A stretch of DNA of 64,000 nucleotides. It comes from Eledone cirrhosa. Taxonomy: Eukaryota. Numbering within the stretch: the first letter of the stretch is position 1; every line of letters starts with the position of its first letter. Positions 40,250 to 51,944 of this stretch are shown in pieces. Location: positions 44,330,001 through 44,394,000 of the forward strand of contig OZ024753.1 of assembly GCA_964016885.1 (NCBI GenBank), given 5' to 3'. The notes beneath the pieces are model-generated. The model was not told where the DNA came from. It made no database searches and was given only the letters and a program-made list of their open reading frames with translations. Position numbers and translations under genes: made by a program.

Positions 40250-40645
40250 ACCGGGAGAGATGACCCCTTAGCCTTTGTCAAGGCAGAATTCTAGGAGAAG
40301 GAAAACTCTGATATAACACCTGCAACTCTGATGGTATCCAATGATGTTGACTTGTTCTTCTTTTTGGTAAATATTATCTTGGTTAAGAGAGTGGGACTGG
40401 CTTTGTGCAGTGCCTTTGCTCACTATAAAAGCTTCACTGCACAGGTATTGCTTTATATCTGGAGATCTCTCTGCACTTGTCATCACATGGTACCAAGGGC
40501 CCAGCACTATGTGTCAATAATTGTCACAGGTGTAGTGTTTGTACCAGAGTTTTCAGGTCGCTGGCTGGACTAAAAAGTCACACTCGTTCAGCGCATCAGT
40601 AGGGGTTCTCCTACATGGATATAAAGTAGTGGCCGTACTTGAAAA
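40250..40645 (+). mobile_element. bipartite RTE-derived element, truncated copy 3
   Basis: Matches 36842-37235 and contains the same leader/3'-end junction. Confidence 0.8.
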
Positions 40646-41030
40646 TATGTATGTATCTTTATACACACACACATATATATATATACATATATATTTACAC
40701 ATCTTGACATACACATATATACACTTACACACGCACACATATATATATGTGCTCAGACATTTTGAAACACACATAGACACACACACACATATATATTTAC
40801 ACATCTTGACATACACATATATACACTTACACACACACATATACATATATATGTGCTCAGACATTTTCAAACACACATACTCATACACAACTGTATATAA
40901 AGAATTCTATAAATGCTTCCACATGTTGACTTAATCTGCCTCTGATGTTCTGTGTCAGTAACCAAGACGCAAGACTTTCAATGGTTCAAGTCATGGCTGG
41001 ATTTTGATCTTTGGAGACACAGGGCACTGC

Positions 41031-41214
41031 TATTTATTTTCACAGTAAACACTTTATTTCACATGATTATCTCACATAATATAGAATCTATGAGATTTTG
41101 ATATTTATTTTGAGAATAATACCTTAACATCATTATAAGCAGCTGGTTACAGCCAGTTTGAACAGAAAGAGGTGAGAGAACTCTGGCCAAATACGGCTGG
41201 TTTAAATGCTAAAG
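41031..41214 (+). mobile_element. piggyBac-type MITE, 5'-truncated copy
   Basis: Family body ending TTTAAATGCTAAAG. Confidence 0.72.
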
Positions 41215-42257
41215 TGTTTTTAGATAAAATTTATGATGTAATTTTTTTGTAGATAAATATAAACCTTTTGATATAAAGTTTAATTTTGTAGAACTAGAGA
41301 TGGTTTCAGTTAGTTTGATGTTAAAAGGGTTAAAGGTAGCTTAGTCTTCCAATCTTACCATTCCAGTGTACCAGCAATAATATCCAATATATCATCATTT
41401 TATATCTATTTTCGTATGTTAGCTTGGATTGGATGGATTTCACAACATGTCACTACCTGCTGCAGACTTCACCATCTGAGACACAACAACAGAGAAAAAT
41501 GTAACTGTCTTTACTGCAAGTTATTATTTCTCACATAGTTTTATGACTTTTTATCTTCCTCTTATCAACCAGTTTACAGTGTAAACTGGTTGGAATTTAT
41601 CATGACACTACTGCTATACCTTTCGACTTATGATATTATTTCTTAACTATTAATAATATATAAATATAATTCATAATATAAACAAAGTTTTTTCGAAGAT
41701 CGAGTTGAAGCGTGAGTGTATTAGAATTCATAGAACAGCTGTTAAAACAAGTGAGGCCAGCCAAGCTGATGGATGTTATCTAACCAGCTTGCTCTAATTT
41801 TATTAGCTAATTAATAAAATGTCAACATAATGAGAGAAGTGGTAACATGCCAAGCTAGAAGTTATTTGGTTCATAGCTCCATATTCCGAGATTAGACACC
41901 TGTGGCAGGGGTCAATCTTGTCTTTGATAACTCCAGGCTGAATACAATCTCTATGGTCAATAAAGCAAACACAAATCTTGTTATTGAGTTAATTCAATTG
42001 ACTAGAGGACTTCTAATTTGCTACCTTGCAATTAATATAACAAATCTTTATTAATTAGGTAAAATAAAGTTTGTATTTATATTGTATTGCATTATATGCT
42101 GTCACTCACCCATTCCCCCCTCCCTCATCTTAACTAATTTTCTGTAATTAATGGCCATGTGGTGTGACATAATAGAACAAGTTGCCACTTATTCTACTGA
42201 GATTCATGTCAACAGAAATGAAAAGTGAATTACCAACGGAAAGGAGAAGATTTCTAT

Positions 42258-42640
42258 TTAACGCTTTAGGAATTAAACCAGCCATAACTGGCCACTCATA
42301 CTAATGTTAAGGTATTGTTTTCAAAATAAATAACTTTAAAATCTCATAGATTCGATATTATGTGAGATATTTATGTGAGGTAAAGCTGTTACCATGAAAA
42401 TACAATAGTAAATATAGAGATTCTACTTTTGGCACAAGGCCAGCGATTACTCCAGTGCATTACTGGTACTTTATTTTATTGACCCCGTAAGGATGAAAGG
42501 CAAAGTTAACCTCGGCGAATTTGAACTCAGAAGGCAAAGGGCCGTAATTATGCTGCAAAGCATAATGTCTGACCGATACTGCCAAACCACCATTCTAGTA
42601 TAATAGTAAATATAGAGTAATGTAAATGCTAAAGGGTTAA
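42258..42640 (-). mobile_element. piggyBac-type MITE interrupted by a SINE
   Basis: TTAA ... TAAATGCTAAAGGG-TTAA. A SINE at 42420-42601 is flanked by the 16-bp direct repeat AATAGTAAATATAGAG. Confidence 0.85.
42420..42601 (-). mobile_element. tRNA-derived SINE (Meta-like) nested in a MITE
   Basis: Family sequence; 16-bp TSD at 42404-42419 and 42602-42617. Confidence 0.88.
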
Positions 42641-42892
42641 CTGCAAAGGTGAAAAATCCACTGAAATATTTGCTTTATTTTGAGTAGAAGAATAAAAGTT
42701 GGGTTAGGAGGGTCAGATAAAATATTGACAATGACCAAGGCAAGCAATTTTTATCAGATTAAATGAAGCATAGAATGATAAATATGCACATTAACATGTA
42801 ATTAATATAAACGAGTCAGAGGGGATCCCTTCAAAATGTCACTAAATAAAGCAACTAAAAGACTGACAGTATGACAAATGAACAAGAAAAAT

Positions 42893-43088
42893 ACACCTCA
42901 TTTGGTCATCCCATGAGAGTATCTGGGTGAGCCTATGAAGGAGGGATGCTAGAGCTGTGAAATCTTGTATATAATCAATTAAACTCATTAATAACTACAT
43001 TGTTTCATTCCGGAGACTAAGTTGAACAATAAACCTCATTTGGTCATCCCATGAGAGTATCTTGGTCAGCCAATAAACTTTTCAGCCA
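42893..43088 (+). mobile_element. partial mariner-type MITE, same family as 14503-14843
   Basis: CCTCATTTGGTCATCCCATGAGAGTATC occurs twice; ends CTTTTCAGCC. Confidence 0.65.
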
Positions 43089-43476
43089 GAATGAAAACAC
43101 AAACACATATAATGTATACAAATATAAACACAAAAAGAGAGATAAAAAAAACATAAAAAAGAAGAAAAAAAGGGGAACAATTCCCCACCAAGTTCGACAA
43201 TTGGTCACACATCACACCATAAGAATTATGTTGAAAACGCCAGCTTAATAATGAGGATGTTAGTTATATTACTAAATCTCTTTAAATTAATTTCAAAATG
43301 ATTTGAAAATCATAAGAAGTGTATTTTATTAAAAATGTGGAAATGAATGGGTTAACGCTTGCCTAAACATCTCATGTTCCTTGGTTATCTGATTATTTCC
43401 AAACTCATAAGCAGTGTTTTTTATTAAAAATATAGTAACAAAAATGTTAATGCCCTATACATTAAATATTTGAATA

Positions 43477-43705
43477 TTAACCCTTCAGCATTTACATTAC
43501 TCGATATATACTGTTGTATTTTTGTGGTAAAAGCTTTATCTTACATAATTATCTTGAAAAATATCGAATCTATGAAATGTTTATATTATTTATTTTGAGA
43601 ACAATACCTTAACATCAGTTTCAGTGGCCAGTTACAACCAGTTTGAACAGGAAGAGTTGAAAGAATTGTGGCCGAATACAGCCAGTTTAAAACCTAAAGG
43701 GTTAA
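43477..43705 (+). mobile_element. piggyBac-type MITE, unit-length copy
   Basis: TTAA-CCCTTCAGCATTTA ... TAAAACCTAAAGGG-TTAA, 229 bp including the TTAA sites. Confidence 0.85.
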
Positions 43706-44316
43706 GCTATTCTTTATCAACAGCAGCTGATTGTTGTAGATTTCAATTTAAGTGGTTTAATATGTTTAGTTCACCTACTTTTATGTTTAAGTTTATCTCC
43801 TAGCTCAGCCCATAGAAGCATTTATAGAATTCTTTCTTTCTGATCACATGCATTTCTCATTGGAATGAAGAATATGGTAAGAATGTAAGGAATCTCTAAG
43901 AAGGTAATTAATTTAGATTAAAATTCCCATACTGAAATTGATAGCATTGGGAAATCTTTGAAACATTAATAGAGTTCTTCAGTGTAATGTTCTTGTTAGT
44001 TTATAAATAGGAAACTTTGTGGAAACCTTAAAGTTTCTGCCTTATAGAAATGTATTATAGCCACTCTTTCTGTTAAAAGACTGAATGTGTATATTACGTG
44101 AAGATGGGAGTTAATGTAAGGTACCCTTAATTATTTATTTTTAATTGTCCCAGAGAGCATTAAAATCAGTGCAGTAAATTTGAAATATTAAATTAATTAC
44201 TAATTAATGATATATTGTTTGACAATAAGATTGGGAAAATCGCTAACATCGACTTGGAGTTATAATTAAAAATATATTTTACAAAACAATCACAAAATAT
44301 ATCTACTGTTTTCATG

Positions 44317-44389
<73 letters not shown>

Positions 44390-44527
44390 GAGTTATATGG
44401 TTTGTTGATTATTATTCAACAGAGTAAATTTTATAACAGATTTGAAGCACTCTACAGTATTTATCTGGAGTATTATTAATATTAACAATATTAATAAATG
44501 GAAAATATCTTTATTATACCATATTTA

Positions 44528-44580
44528 TTTTATTATACGTATTTCAAGGACAGTAAATTTTAGTGTGCTTTCATCATATA
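44528..44580 (-). ncRNA. hammerhead relic, same family as 21156-21222 (element ~44385-44577)
   Basis: Minus strand TAT-aTGATGA-AAG...CTT-GAAA-TACGTA-TA-ATAAAA; C3 is lost at the (TA)n junction. The 3' extension shares GAAGCACTCTACAGT...CTGGAGTA with 21022-21052. Confidence 0.62.
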
Positions 44581-44631
44581 TATATATATGTTGTGTATGT
44601 ATATAAATAAATATATATATATATATATGTT

Positions 44632-44838
44632 TGCATTATACCCTTGGCAGTGGAGACTTCTGGTGTCCTCGGCCCTAGGGCTACCTCCCTACTCATCACC
44701 ATAGGCGCTGAGCTGGCCAGCCGCAGGCGTGAGCCTCGTGAGCTGGAATGGCTTTTCCAGCGCGTCTCCCTTGCCGTCCTCCGAGGAAACGCCTTCTCCA
44801 TTCTGTTCACCGGGGCTGTGGGGAGGCCACCAATATGA
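44632..44838 (+). mobile_element. C-terminal fragment of a CRE-type (RLE-encoding) non-LTR retrotransposon
   Basis: GC-rich island reading IPLAVETSGVLG...IGAELA...EPRELEWLFQRVSLAVLRGNAFSI. This resembles the P-x-A-x-E-T-x-G ... QRxSxAxxRGNA ending of CRE-clade ORFs. Confidence 0.75.
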
Positions 44839-45287
44839 TTGACTGACTTGTCATTTTATCAGTAAATATACTGTGATATACAGGATGTAGTGTATTCCTA
44901 TTGTGTTAGCTTCCAAACCAAAGTTGTATCACACACAAAGATATATGGTAGATCATATAGCTAACAGAATCTATGAACATGTTCTGGAAAATTGTCAGAA
45001 CCACAGATCAAATTCTAACAGTTTTTCTTGCCAATTAGCCATGAAACATGTAAAGGTAATATCTTATATTTCTGTGTACAAAAAGAATAACAATGGGTTT
45101 TACATTTGTTTATAATTTTACTGCAAAGCTTATAAAATATAGTTATATCTACAGTAAATCTATCTTAGATAGCTTAATATATGCTTTGTGCACACAAATA
45201 ATCATTATATATGTTCACACACAAACACACACACACATACATATATATATATACAAACACACACACACATACATTTATATTCATATA

Positions 45288-45358
<71 letters not shown>

Positions 45359-45375
45359 TTATATACATATATATT

Positions 45376-45416
<41 letters not shown>

Positions 45417-45535
45417 TCACACACACACACATATATATACATATATAAAAATAATACATATATATATGAACATAAATATATATATATATGAACATAAATA
45501 TATATATATATATGAACAAAAATATATATATATAT

Positions 45536-45581
<46 letters not shown>

Positions 45582-46717
45582 TCACACATATATATACATA
45601 TATAAAAATAATACATATATATGAACATATATATATATATATATATACACACACTCACACACATATATATATATGAACATAAATATATGTTTTCATAACC
45701 ATTATTTCTCACTTGTTGATTCCTCTTTCTCTACATCTACGACTACATTCATTATGTAAATTCTTTTTCTTCCAAATGTGTTTTACCTTCCAAGAATTTT
45801 CTCACCAATATATTTGAAAAATAGAATAAAATGAAATGATATAAAATTGAAAAATAGATGTGCCACCATTTATTTTCTCAAAAATATTCAATTTATCTCT
45901 CGTCAAGAAAATAATACATCATCTATATACACTCCTCTAAGCCATTTTCTCTTGGCTACAACCAAAGAAAATTCTACCTTGTCTTTTATTCTCCAATAAA
46001 ATAAGTATTTTTCGGTTATTTTATTTACTTCCATGTATTTTTGTAATCATTATTTCCAGAATATTTCCTTTTATTTCATTTATTTGCAATAATTTCACAG
46101 CTTATATTTTATAGGTGTTTTTTGTTGTTGATGTTGTTTTGAAATATTAATTCTTGATGTCTTTAACAATCTGGTACTATCTCAACGAAAGTTTTAGTAA
46201 TTGGTCGTGTTTATATTCTATCAACCATGCATTTGCTCAGTTTGCCAGTGGGTCCCCTCAGAATCTAATTGATCCAGCTGGATTCTCTAATGAGACCAGC
46301 CAAACTCATGGATCTTATCCAACCATATGCATTATTTTATTATAGATCTTCTAAATCAGGGTTGACATGGGCTCAACAACAACAAGAACAACTTCATAAC
46401 CCTATGTGGAATTTTAACACATAGTCAGGAGGAGGAGGGGGGGGGGGCAGTGCAATAAGCTTTTTCAGAGTTTCTGAGGTTGGTGAGAATGGTGGAGGAA
46501 AGTATCCTTAAATAAGAGACTTAGCATGACCAACAGAGGGGTCTCCACTAAAGACATCCATGGACCAGGTGGAGGTGTTTGGTAAACCAGGCAATGGATT
46601 AAGTCCCCGAATCAAATAGATGACCGCAAGATTTGGACACAGAATGCAAGAACCAGAATATATTTTTTTCTAAGTGAGTGTGTGTGTATATATATATATA
46701 TAGTGAATATATATAGT

Positions 46718-46757
<40 letters not shown>

Positions 46758-46792
46758 TTAGTTATGTAATAAACAACATAAGACAATTATTT

Positions 46793-46859
46793 CATTTACC
46801 AAAGGTTTCACGAAGACAGATGAGCTCGACACAGACGTCTGAAATCGTTCGTCAGAATG
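46793..46859 (-). ncRNA. type-I hammerhead ribozyme (same family as 21591-21657)
   Basis: Minus strand CATT-CTGACGA-ACGA...TCGT-GAAA-CCTTTGG-TA-AATG; stem I can extend to TTTCATT/AATGAAA. The element spans ~46752-46862. Confidence 0.82.
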
Positions 46860-46886
46860 AAAATATATATATATATATATACACAC

Positions 46887-46933
46887 ACTTCTCTGATGAC
46901 TCTGTAATAGGTAGAAACTCCCGAGTAACAAGT
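46887..46933 (+). ncRNA. degenerate minimal hammerhead in a pLTR-like remnant (46887-47015)
   Basis: ACTTCT-CTGATGA-N14-GAAA-CTCCCGAG-TA-ACAAGT. Core and stem III (ACTC/GAGT) are intact, stem I has one mismatch and stem II is weak. Confidence 0.55.
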
Positions 46934-47038
46934 CTCTTCACTCTTTAGCCTTAACAAAATGAATTTTTAAACTCTATTTCGGTATTAAGTACTCTTTTCT
47001 CTCAGCCATCAACTATATATTGCTATATATATATATAT

Positions 47039-47238
47039 ATAATGAAAGAAGTGTGGTAAGGAACCAGATAGACCATAAAACACCAGAGTACTCGATACTT
47101 TGGGTAGTAGAGTGGGTAATAGGAAAAGAATCAGAACCCCAACAGCAGAGCTCAAGCCATTTCGACAGCTATTTCTGGACTGAAATAGTTGTCGAAATGG
47201 CTTGAGCTCTGCAGTCAGGGTCCTGAACCTTTTCCTAT
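47039..47238 (-). mobile_element. fold-back + tail element, copy B
   Basis: Reverse-oriented tail 47039-47118 and hairpin 47119-47238 centred on CTATTTC-TGGACT-GAAATAG. Confidence 0.7.
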
Positions 47239-47649
47239 AAATATATATATATAAACGTGTGTGTCACGATATAGAAACCAAAGTATTCTTTGTATTCCCA
47301 GAACAACCAGTCAGTGTTAAGTTATGGAAAAAAGGATAGAATTTTAAAAGAGAAAGTGAAAGATAGTGGGGAGAAAAGGAAAGAGTTGAAGATGGAAGGA
47401 AGAAAGCAAAGTTAGGAGTTTAAGATTTCGGAATAAAAATCTCAGGTATCTGATTAGAAATCCTAAAAAACAAAAGGTAAGAAAAACAACATTAAATTGC
47501 TTTAATGTCAAATAAATAAAGTGAGCAAGAAGAATGTAGATTGTTTTTTGGTTGTGATTCTTGTAGAGCTTTGAGGGAAGGAAGATACATGAGAGGTGTA
47601 AAGAAATGGCTTTCTTATGTTCAGAAGAATGACATTGTTTTTAGAGGTA

Positions 47650-47845
47650 GAATGATGATGATGATGATGATGATAACAATAACAACAACGATAATAAGAA
47701 TAATAACAATAATAATAATAACAATAACAAAAATAATAAAATTAACAAATAACAACAACGACAACGACAACAACAATAATAATAATAATAACAATAACAA
47801 AAATAATACAATTAACAAATAATAGCAACGACAACGACAACAACA

Positions 47846-47885
<40 letters not shown>

Positions 47886-47922
47886 TTACAAAAATTATCA
47901 AAATAACAATAACAAGAACAAT

Positions 47923-47960
<38 letters not shown>

Positions 47961-48101
47961 CAATAATAATAATGATTTCATTTATTAGCCACAAGGGCCG
48001 ACATGTAGGGGACAATAATAATAATAAAAATAATAATGATGACAATAATAATAATAATGATAATACTAATGAAAATAATAACAACAACAACAACAATAAT
48101 G

Positions 48102-48133
<32 letters not shown>

Positions 48134-48155
48134 GAAAATAATGATAATAAATAAA
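47650..48155. repeat. (AAT/AAC)n tract
   Basis: Contains a 35-bp unique insert at ~47970-48004. Similar trinucleotide tracts lie at 2727-3050, 4130-4240, 4540-4710, 24565-24730 and 33385-33665. Confidence 0.9.
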
Positions 48156-48399
48156 TAGAAATAAAAAAAAAAAAAAAAGCAGAAAGAATTGAAAGCTAAA
48201 AGTGAAGAATAAATGAAGATGAAATTGTGATTATTTTGTTTTTTCTTGTGGAAGTTAAGATTTGCAGGTATTGTTTCTTTCTTATCTGAGAAATCTTGCT
48301 GAGAGCAACTGACCTAAACATCTGATCTGATGTGATGGTGAAAAACAAACGGTTTGACACGAAGAAATTATCTGAGAAGAAGACTGATAGAATGGAGGA

Positions 48400-49930
48400 G
48401 AGGGAAAAGGGGGTGAGGATGTATGTGTGCATGGGTGTGTGTGTGTGTGTGTGTGTGAAGAGAGAGTGTGTGTGGGGGGTGAAGACAGTGTGTATGTGTG
48501 CATGTGTGTGTGTGTGTGTGTGTGAAGAGAGAGTGTGTGTGTGGGGGGGGGGTGAAGACAGTGTGTATGTGTGTGTAGGAGAGGGAAAGGGGGTGAGGAT
48601 GTATGTGTGTGTGTGTGTGTGTGTGAAGAGAGAGTGTGTGTGAGGGGGTGGAAGACAGTGTGTATGTGTGCATGGGTGTGTGTGTGTGCATGGGTGTGTG
48701 TGTGTGGGGGGGTGAAGAGAGAGTGTGTGTGGGGTGTGTGAGGGGGGGGGGGGGGTTGAAGACAGTGTGTATGTATGTGTGTGTGTGAGAGAAGGTAGTG
48801 TGCGTGTGAGAAGGGAGAGAGAAAGTGAGAGAGAGTGTGTGAGAAAGGAGAAAGGTGAGAGAGAGAGAGAGAGAGTGAGAGAGAGAGGCTGTATGAGAAA
48901 AGTGACAGAATAGAGTAGAGGGAGAGGGTGAGAGGGTGACGGCATGAGGGTATGGGGTGAGGGAGAGGGGGTGTTTGGGAGAGTGTGAAAGAGAGTGTGT
49001 GTGTGTGTGTGTGTATGAGAGAAGGGAGAGATAGAGAGTATGTGAGAAAGGAGAGAGAGAGAGAGAGAGGCTGTATGAGAAAAGTGACAGAATGGGAGAG
49101 GGAGAGGGGGTGAGAAGGGAGAGTGTATGGGTGGGAGAGTGTGTGTGGGTGTGTGTGTGAGAGAGAAGGGAGAGAGAAAAAGAGAGTGTATGTGAAAACA
49201 AGAGAGAGAGAGAGAGGCTGTGTGAGAAGAATGAAAGAATCATGTAGAGAGTAAGAGAGAGGAAGTGTTTGTGAGAAGGGAGAGAGAATGGAGAGTGAGG
49301 TTAGAGAGAAAGTGTGTGAGAGAGAGTGAGTGTGTGAGAGAGAGTGAGTGTGTGTGAGAGAGAGAGAGTGTGTGAGAGAGAGTGAGTGTGTGTGTGTGTG
49401 AGAGAGAGCATGTGTGAGAGTGTGTGTGTGAGAGAGAGAGTGTGTGAGAGAGTGAGTGTGTGTGTGTGTGAGAGAGAGTATGTGTGAGAGTGTGTGTGTG
49501 AGAGAGAGTATGTGTGAGAGTGTGTGTGAGAGAGAGAGAGAGAGTGTGTGTGTGTGTGTGGGAGAGAGAGTATGTGTGAGAGTGTGTGTGTGAGAGAGAG
49601 AGAGTATGTGTGAGAGTGTGTGTGAGAGAGAGAGAGAGAGAGTGTGTGTGTGTGTGAGAGAGAGTGTGAGAAACTGTTTTGAGAGAGATAGAGAGTGTGT
49701 GAGAGAGAGTGAGTGTGTGTGTGTGTGAGAGAGAATGTGTGAGAGTGTGTGTGTGTGAGAGTGTGTGTGTGTGTGTGAGAGAGGGTGTGTGTGTGTGTGA
49801 GAGAGAGTATGTGTGAGAGTGTGTGTGTGAGTGTGTGTGAGAGAGAGTGAGTGTGTGTGTGTGAGAGTGTGTGTGTGAGAGTGTGTGTGTGTGTGTGTGT
49901 GAGTGTGTGTGTGAGAGAGAGTGTGAGAAA
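48400..49930. repeat. compound (GT)n/(GA)n low-complexity tract
   Basis: ~1.5 kb of interleaved GT and GA runs. Confidence 0.92.
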
Positions 49931-50077
49931 CTGTGTTTTGATGTTCAAAGTAAATTTACTGCTAAAACAAGTGAAGTGAAATAAACCAATCACATTAGAG
50001 TTAAGTTTTGGTAAAATATCTTTCATTTTTCCTTCATCTGTATTTCTCTCTCACAGAATAGAAGATAATTAAATTTC

Positions 50078-50389
50078 TATAAGGGTCAGTTGAAGAGTTG
50101 TTCATAGGCTGACCAACAAACTCTCCTGGAATGACCAAATGAGGTTTAGTTTTCAATAATGTTCCTGGAAAGAAACAACACAGTTATTAATAATTCATGC
50201 AAGATTTCACAGCTCTAGCATCACTCCTTCATAGGCTGACCAAGATACTCTCATGGTATGACCAAATGAGGTTTTTTTTTAACAATGTTCCCTGGAAAGA
50301 AATAATACAGTTATTAATAATTCATGCAAAATTTCACAGCTCTAGCGTCACTCCTTCATAGTCAATGAACGTTTCAGCCCACTCTTGTA
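50078..50389 (-). mobile_element. Tc1/mariner-type MITE, same family as 14503-14843
   Basis: Reverse complement of the family body including the internal duplication; TA at both ends. Confidence 0.72.
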
Positions 50390-50391
50390 TA

Positions 50392-50577
50392 TCATCATTA
50401 TCATTGTTTAACATCCAGTTTCCATGGTAGCATGGGTTAGATGAGCTGTCCAATTAGAGGCAAGTTGGATCAGGTGATTGTCTCTTGTTCATATAGAACT
50501 ATTTTTGGCTAGGTCTCTATGGCTGGATGCCCTTCCTAACACCAACCACATTTACAGTGTGTTGGGTGCTTTTTGTC
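50392..50577 (-). mobile_element. SINE/RTE-tail fragment
   Basis: GGCTGGATGCCCTTCCTAACACCAACCACATTTACAG plus a (CAT)n tail. Similar degenerate pieces lie at ~5227-5400, 20520-20700, 25460-25530, 29305-29410 and 31340-31665. Confidence 0.7.
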
Positions 50578-50633
<56 letters not shown>

Positions 50634-50638
<5 letters not shown>

Positions 50639-50838
50639 AAACGAGTCAGGACCCCGACGGCTGAGCTCCGGACATTTCGACAGCTAGATCCGAACAGTTC
50701 GGATCTAGCTGTTGAAACAACCAGAGCTCAGCCATCAGAGTCCTGACTCGTTTCCTATTACCCACTCTACTACCCTAAGTATTGAGTACTCTGGTGCATT
50801 ATGGTCCATCTGGTTCCTTACCACACTTTCTTTGTTAT
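50634..50838 (+). mobile_element. fold-back + tail element (putative PLE-derived), copy A
   Basis: Hairpin 50634-50758 centred on GATCCGAA-CAG-TTCGGATC, followed by the tail ...GAGTACTCTGGTG...CCTTACCACACTTTC; sits in (TA)n. Confidence 0.7.
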
Positions 50839-50857
50839 ATATATATATATATATATT

Positions 50858-51040
50858 TGGGAGCCCCTACATGGACACACTAGAAGAGGAAGACCAAGGT
50901 TAACATATGTTGATGCCCTAAGGACAGACACTGGTCTGTTGGAGATGCAGGATATGGCAGCGATAATGAAGGACAGAGACCGCTGGAGAGAACTCGTCCA
51001 TGGATCTCGGGAATTTTACCCGCCTTAGATAGATAGATAT
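50858..51040 (+). mobile_element. 3' end of a third RTE-like LINE family with (TAGA)n tail
   Basis: WEPLHGHTRRGRPRLTYVDALRTDTG...MKDRDRWRELV, then a stop and (TAGA)n. Confidence 0.78.
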
Positions 51041-51051
51041 ATATATGATGG

Positions 51052-51320
51052 ATAAGTTGTGGTGTGCAGGAGAGAAGACTGAGATGGTATGGACATGTGA
51101 TGCGCATGGAGGATGACCGCTGGGTAAAGAAGTGTCAAGAAAGACGCAGTAGAGGAAGACCACGAAAAACATGGGTGGAGGTGGTGAGAGCAGACCTCAG
51201 ATCGCTGAAGCTCACGGAGGAGATGACAAAGGAGCACGACAAGTGGAGAGATGCTGTGCTGAATAGGACCCGTCTCACCCTTGCAAGCAGGGAAAAACGG
51301 ATGTAAAATGATGATGATGA
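51052..51320 (+). mobile_element. 5'-truncated RTE LINE end, short-3'UTR type
   Basis: [57 protein letters not shown] followed by a (TGA)n tail. Confidence 0.88.
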
Positions 51321-51944
51321 TATATATATAATATGATGATGATGATGATGATGATGATATATATATTAGTGTGAGCTCAGCTTTGTTCACAGAATAGCTA
51401 TTTCACATTTTCTTTTTTTTACATAGCTTCGTATCTATATAACTTTCTATTTGAAGGTAAACATAATTTTCCCACCACCATGTGTAAAGATCATTTACTA
51501 AATGCAAGATTGATCACATAAAATAGCTATTTAAAAGCTGACATTTCTACTGCGTGTGCAGTGATGGTAACTGTTAAATTTCAGAAGCAATTCTTTATTA
51601 ATTTAGTTGGAAGACTGCACTTAATAAACAATTATCTGGTTAAAAACAATATCTTACATGAAATATAAGTTAATATTTTTGTGGCTTGGGGAAAAATGTC
51701 GAGTTAAAAGCCATGAAACACTCAGCAGAAATTGATGTATAGGCTTTGTAATGTTGGTTATTAGAGCGTGTGGACACACACGCACACTTAGACATACACA
51801 GACACACACTTAGACACACACACACACAGACATGGGCATATACATCGACACACTTAGACACACACTCACACACACACACACACACAAGTATCTTTTAATC
51901 ATGTTTTTTCCTAAAAATCACTTCTACTTTTCCAATGACTAATT

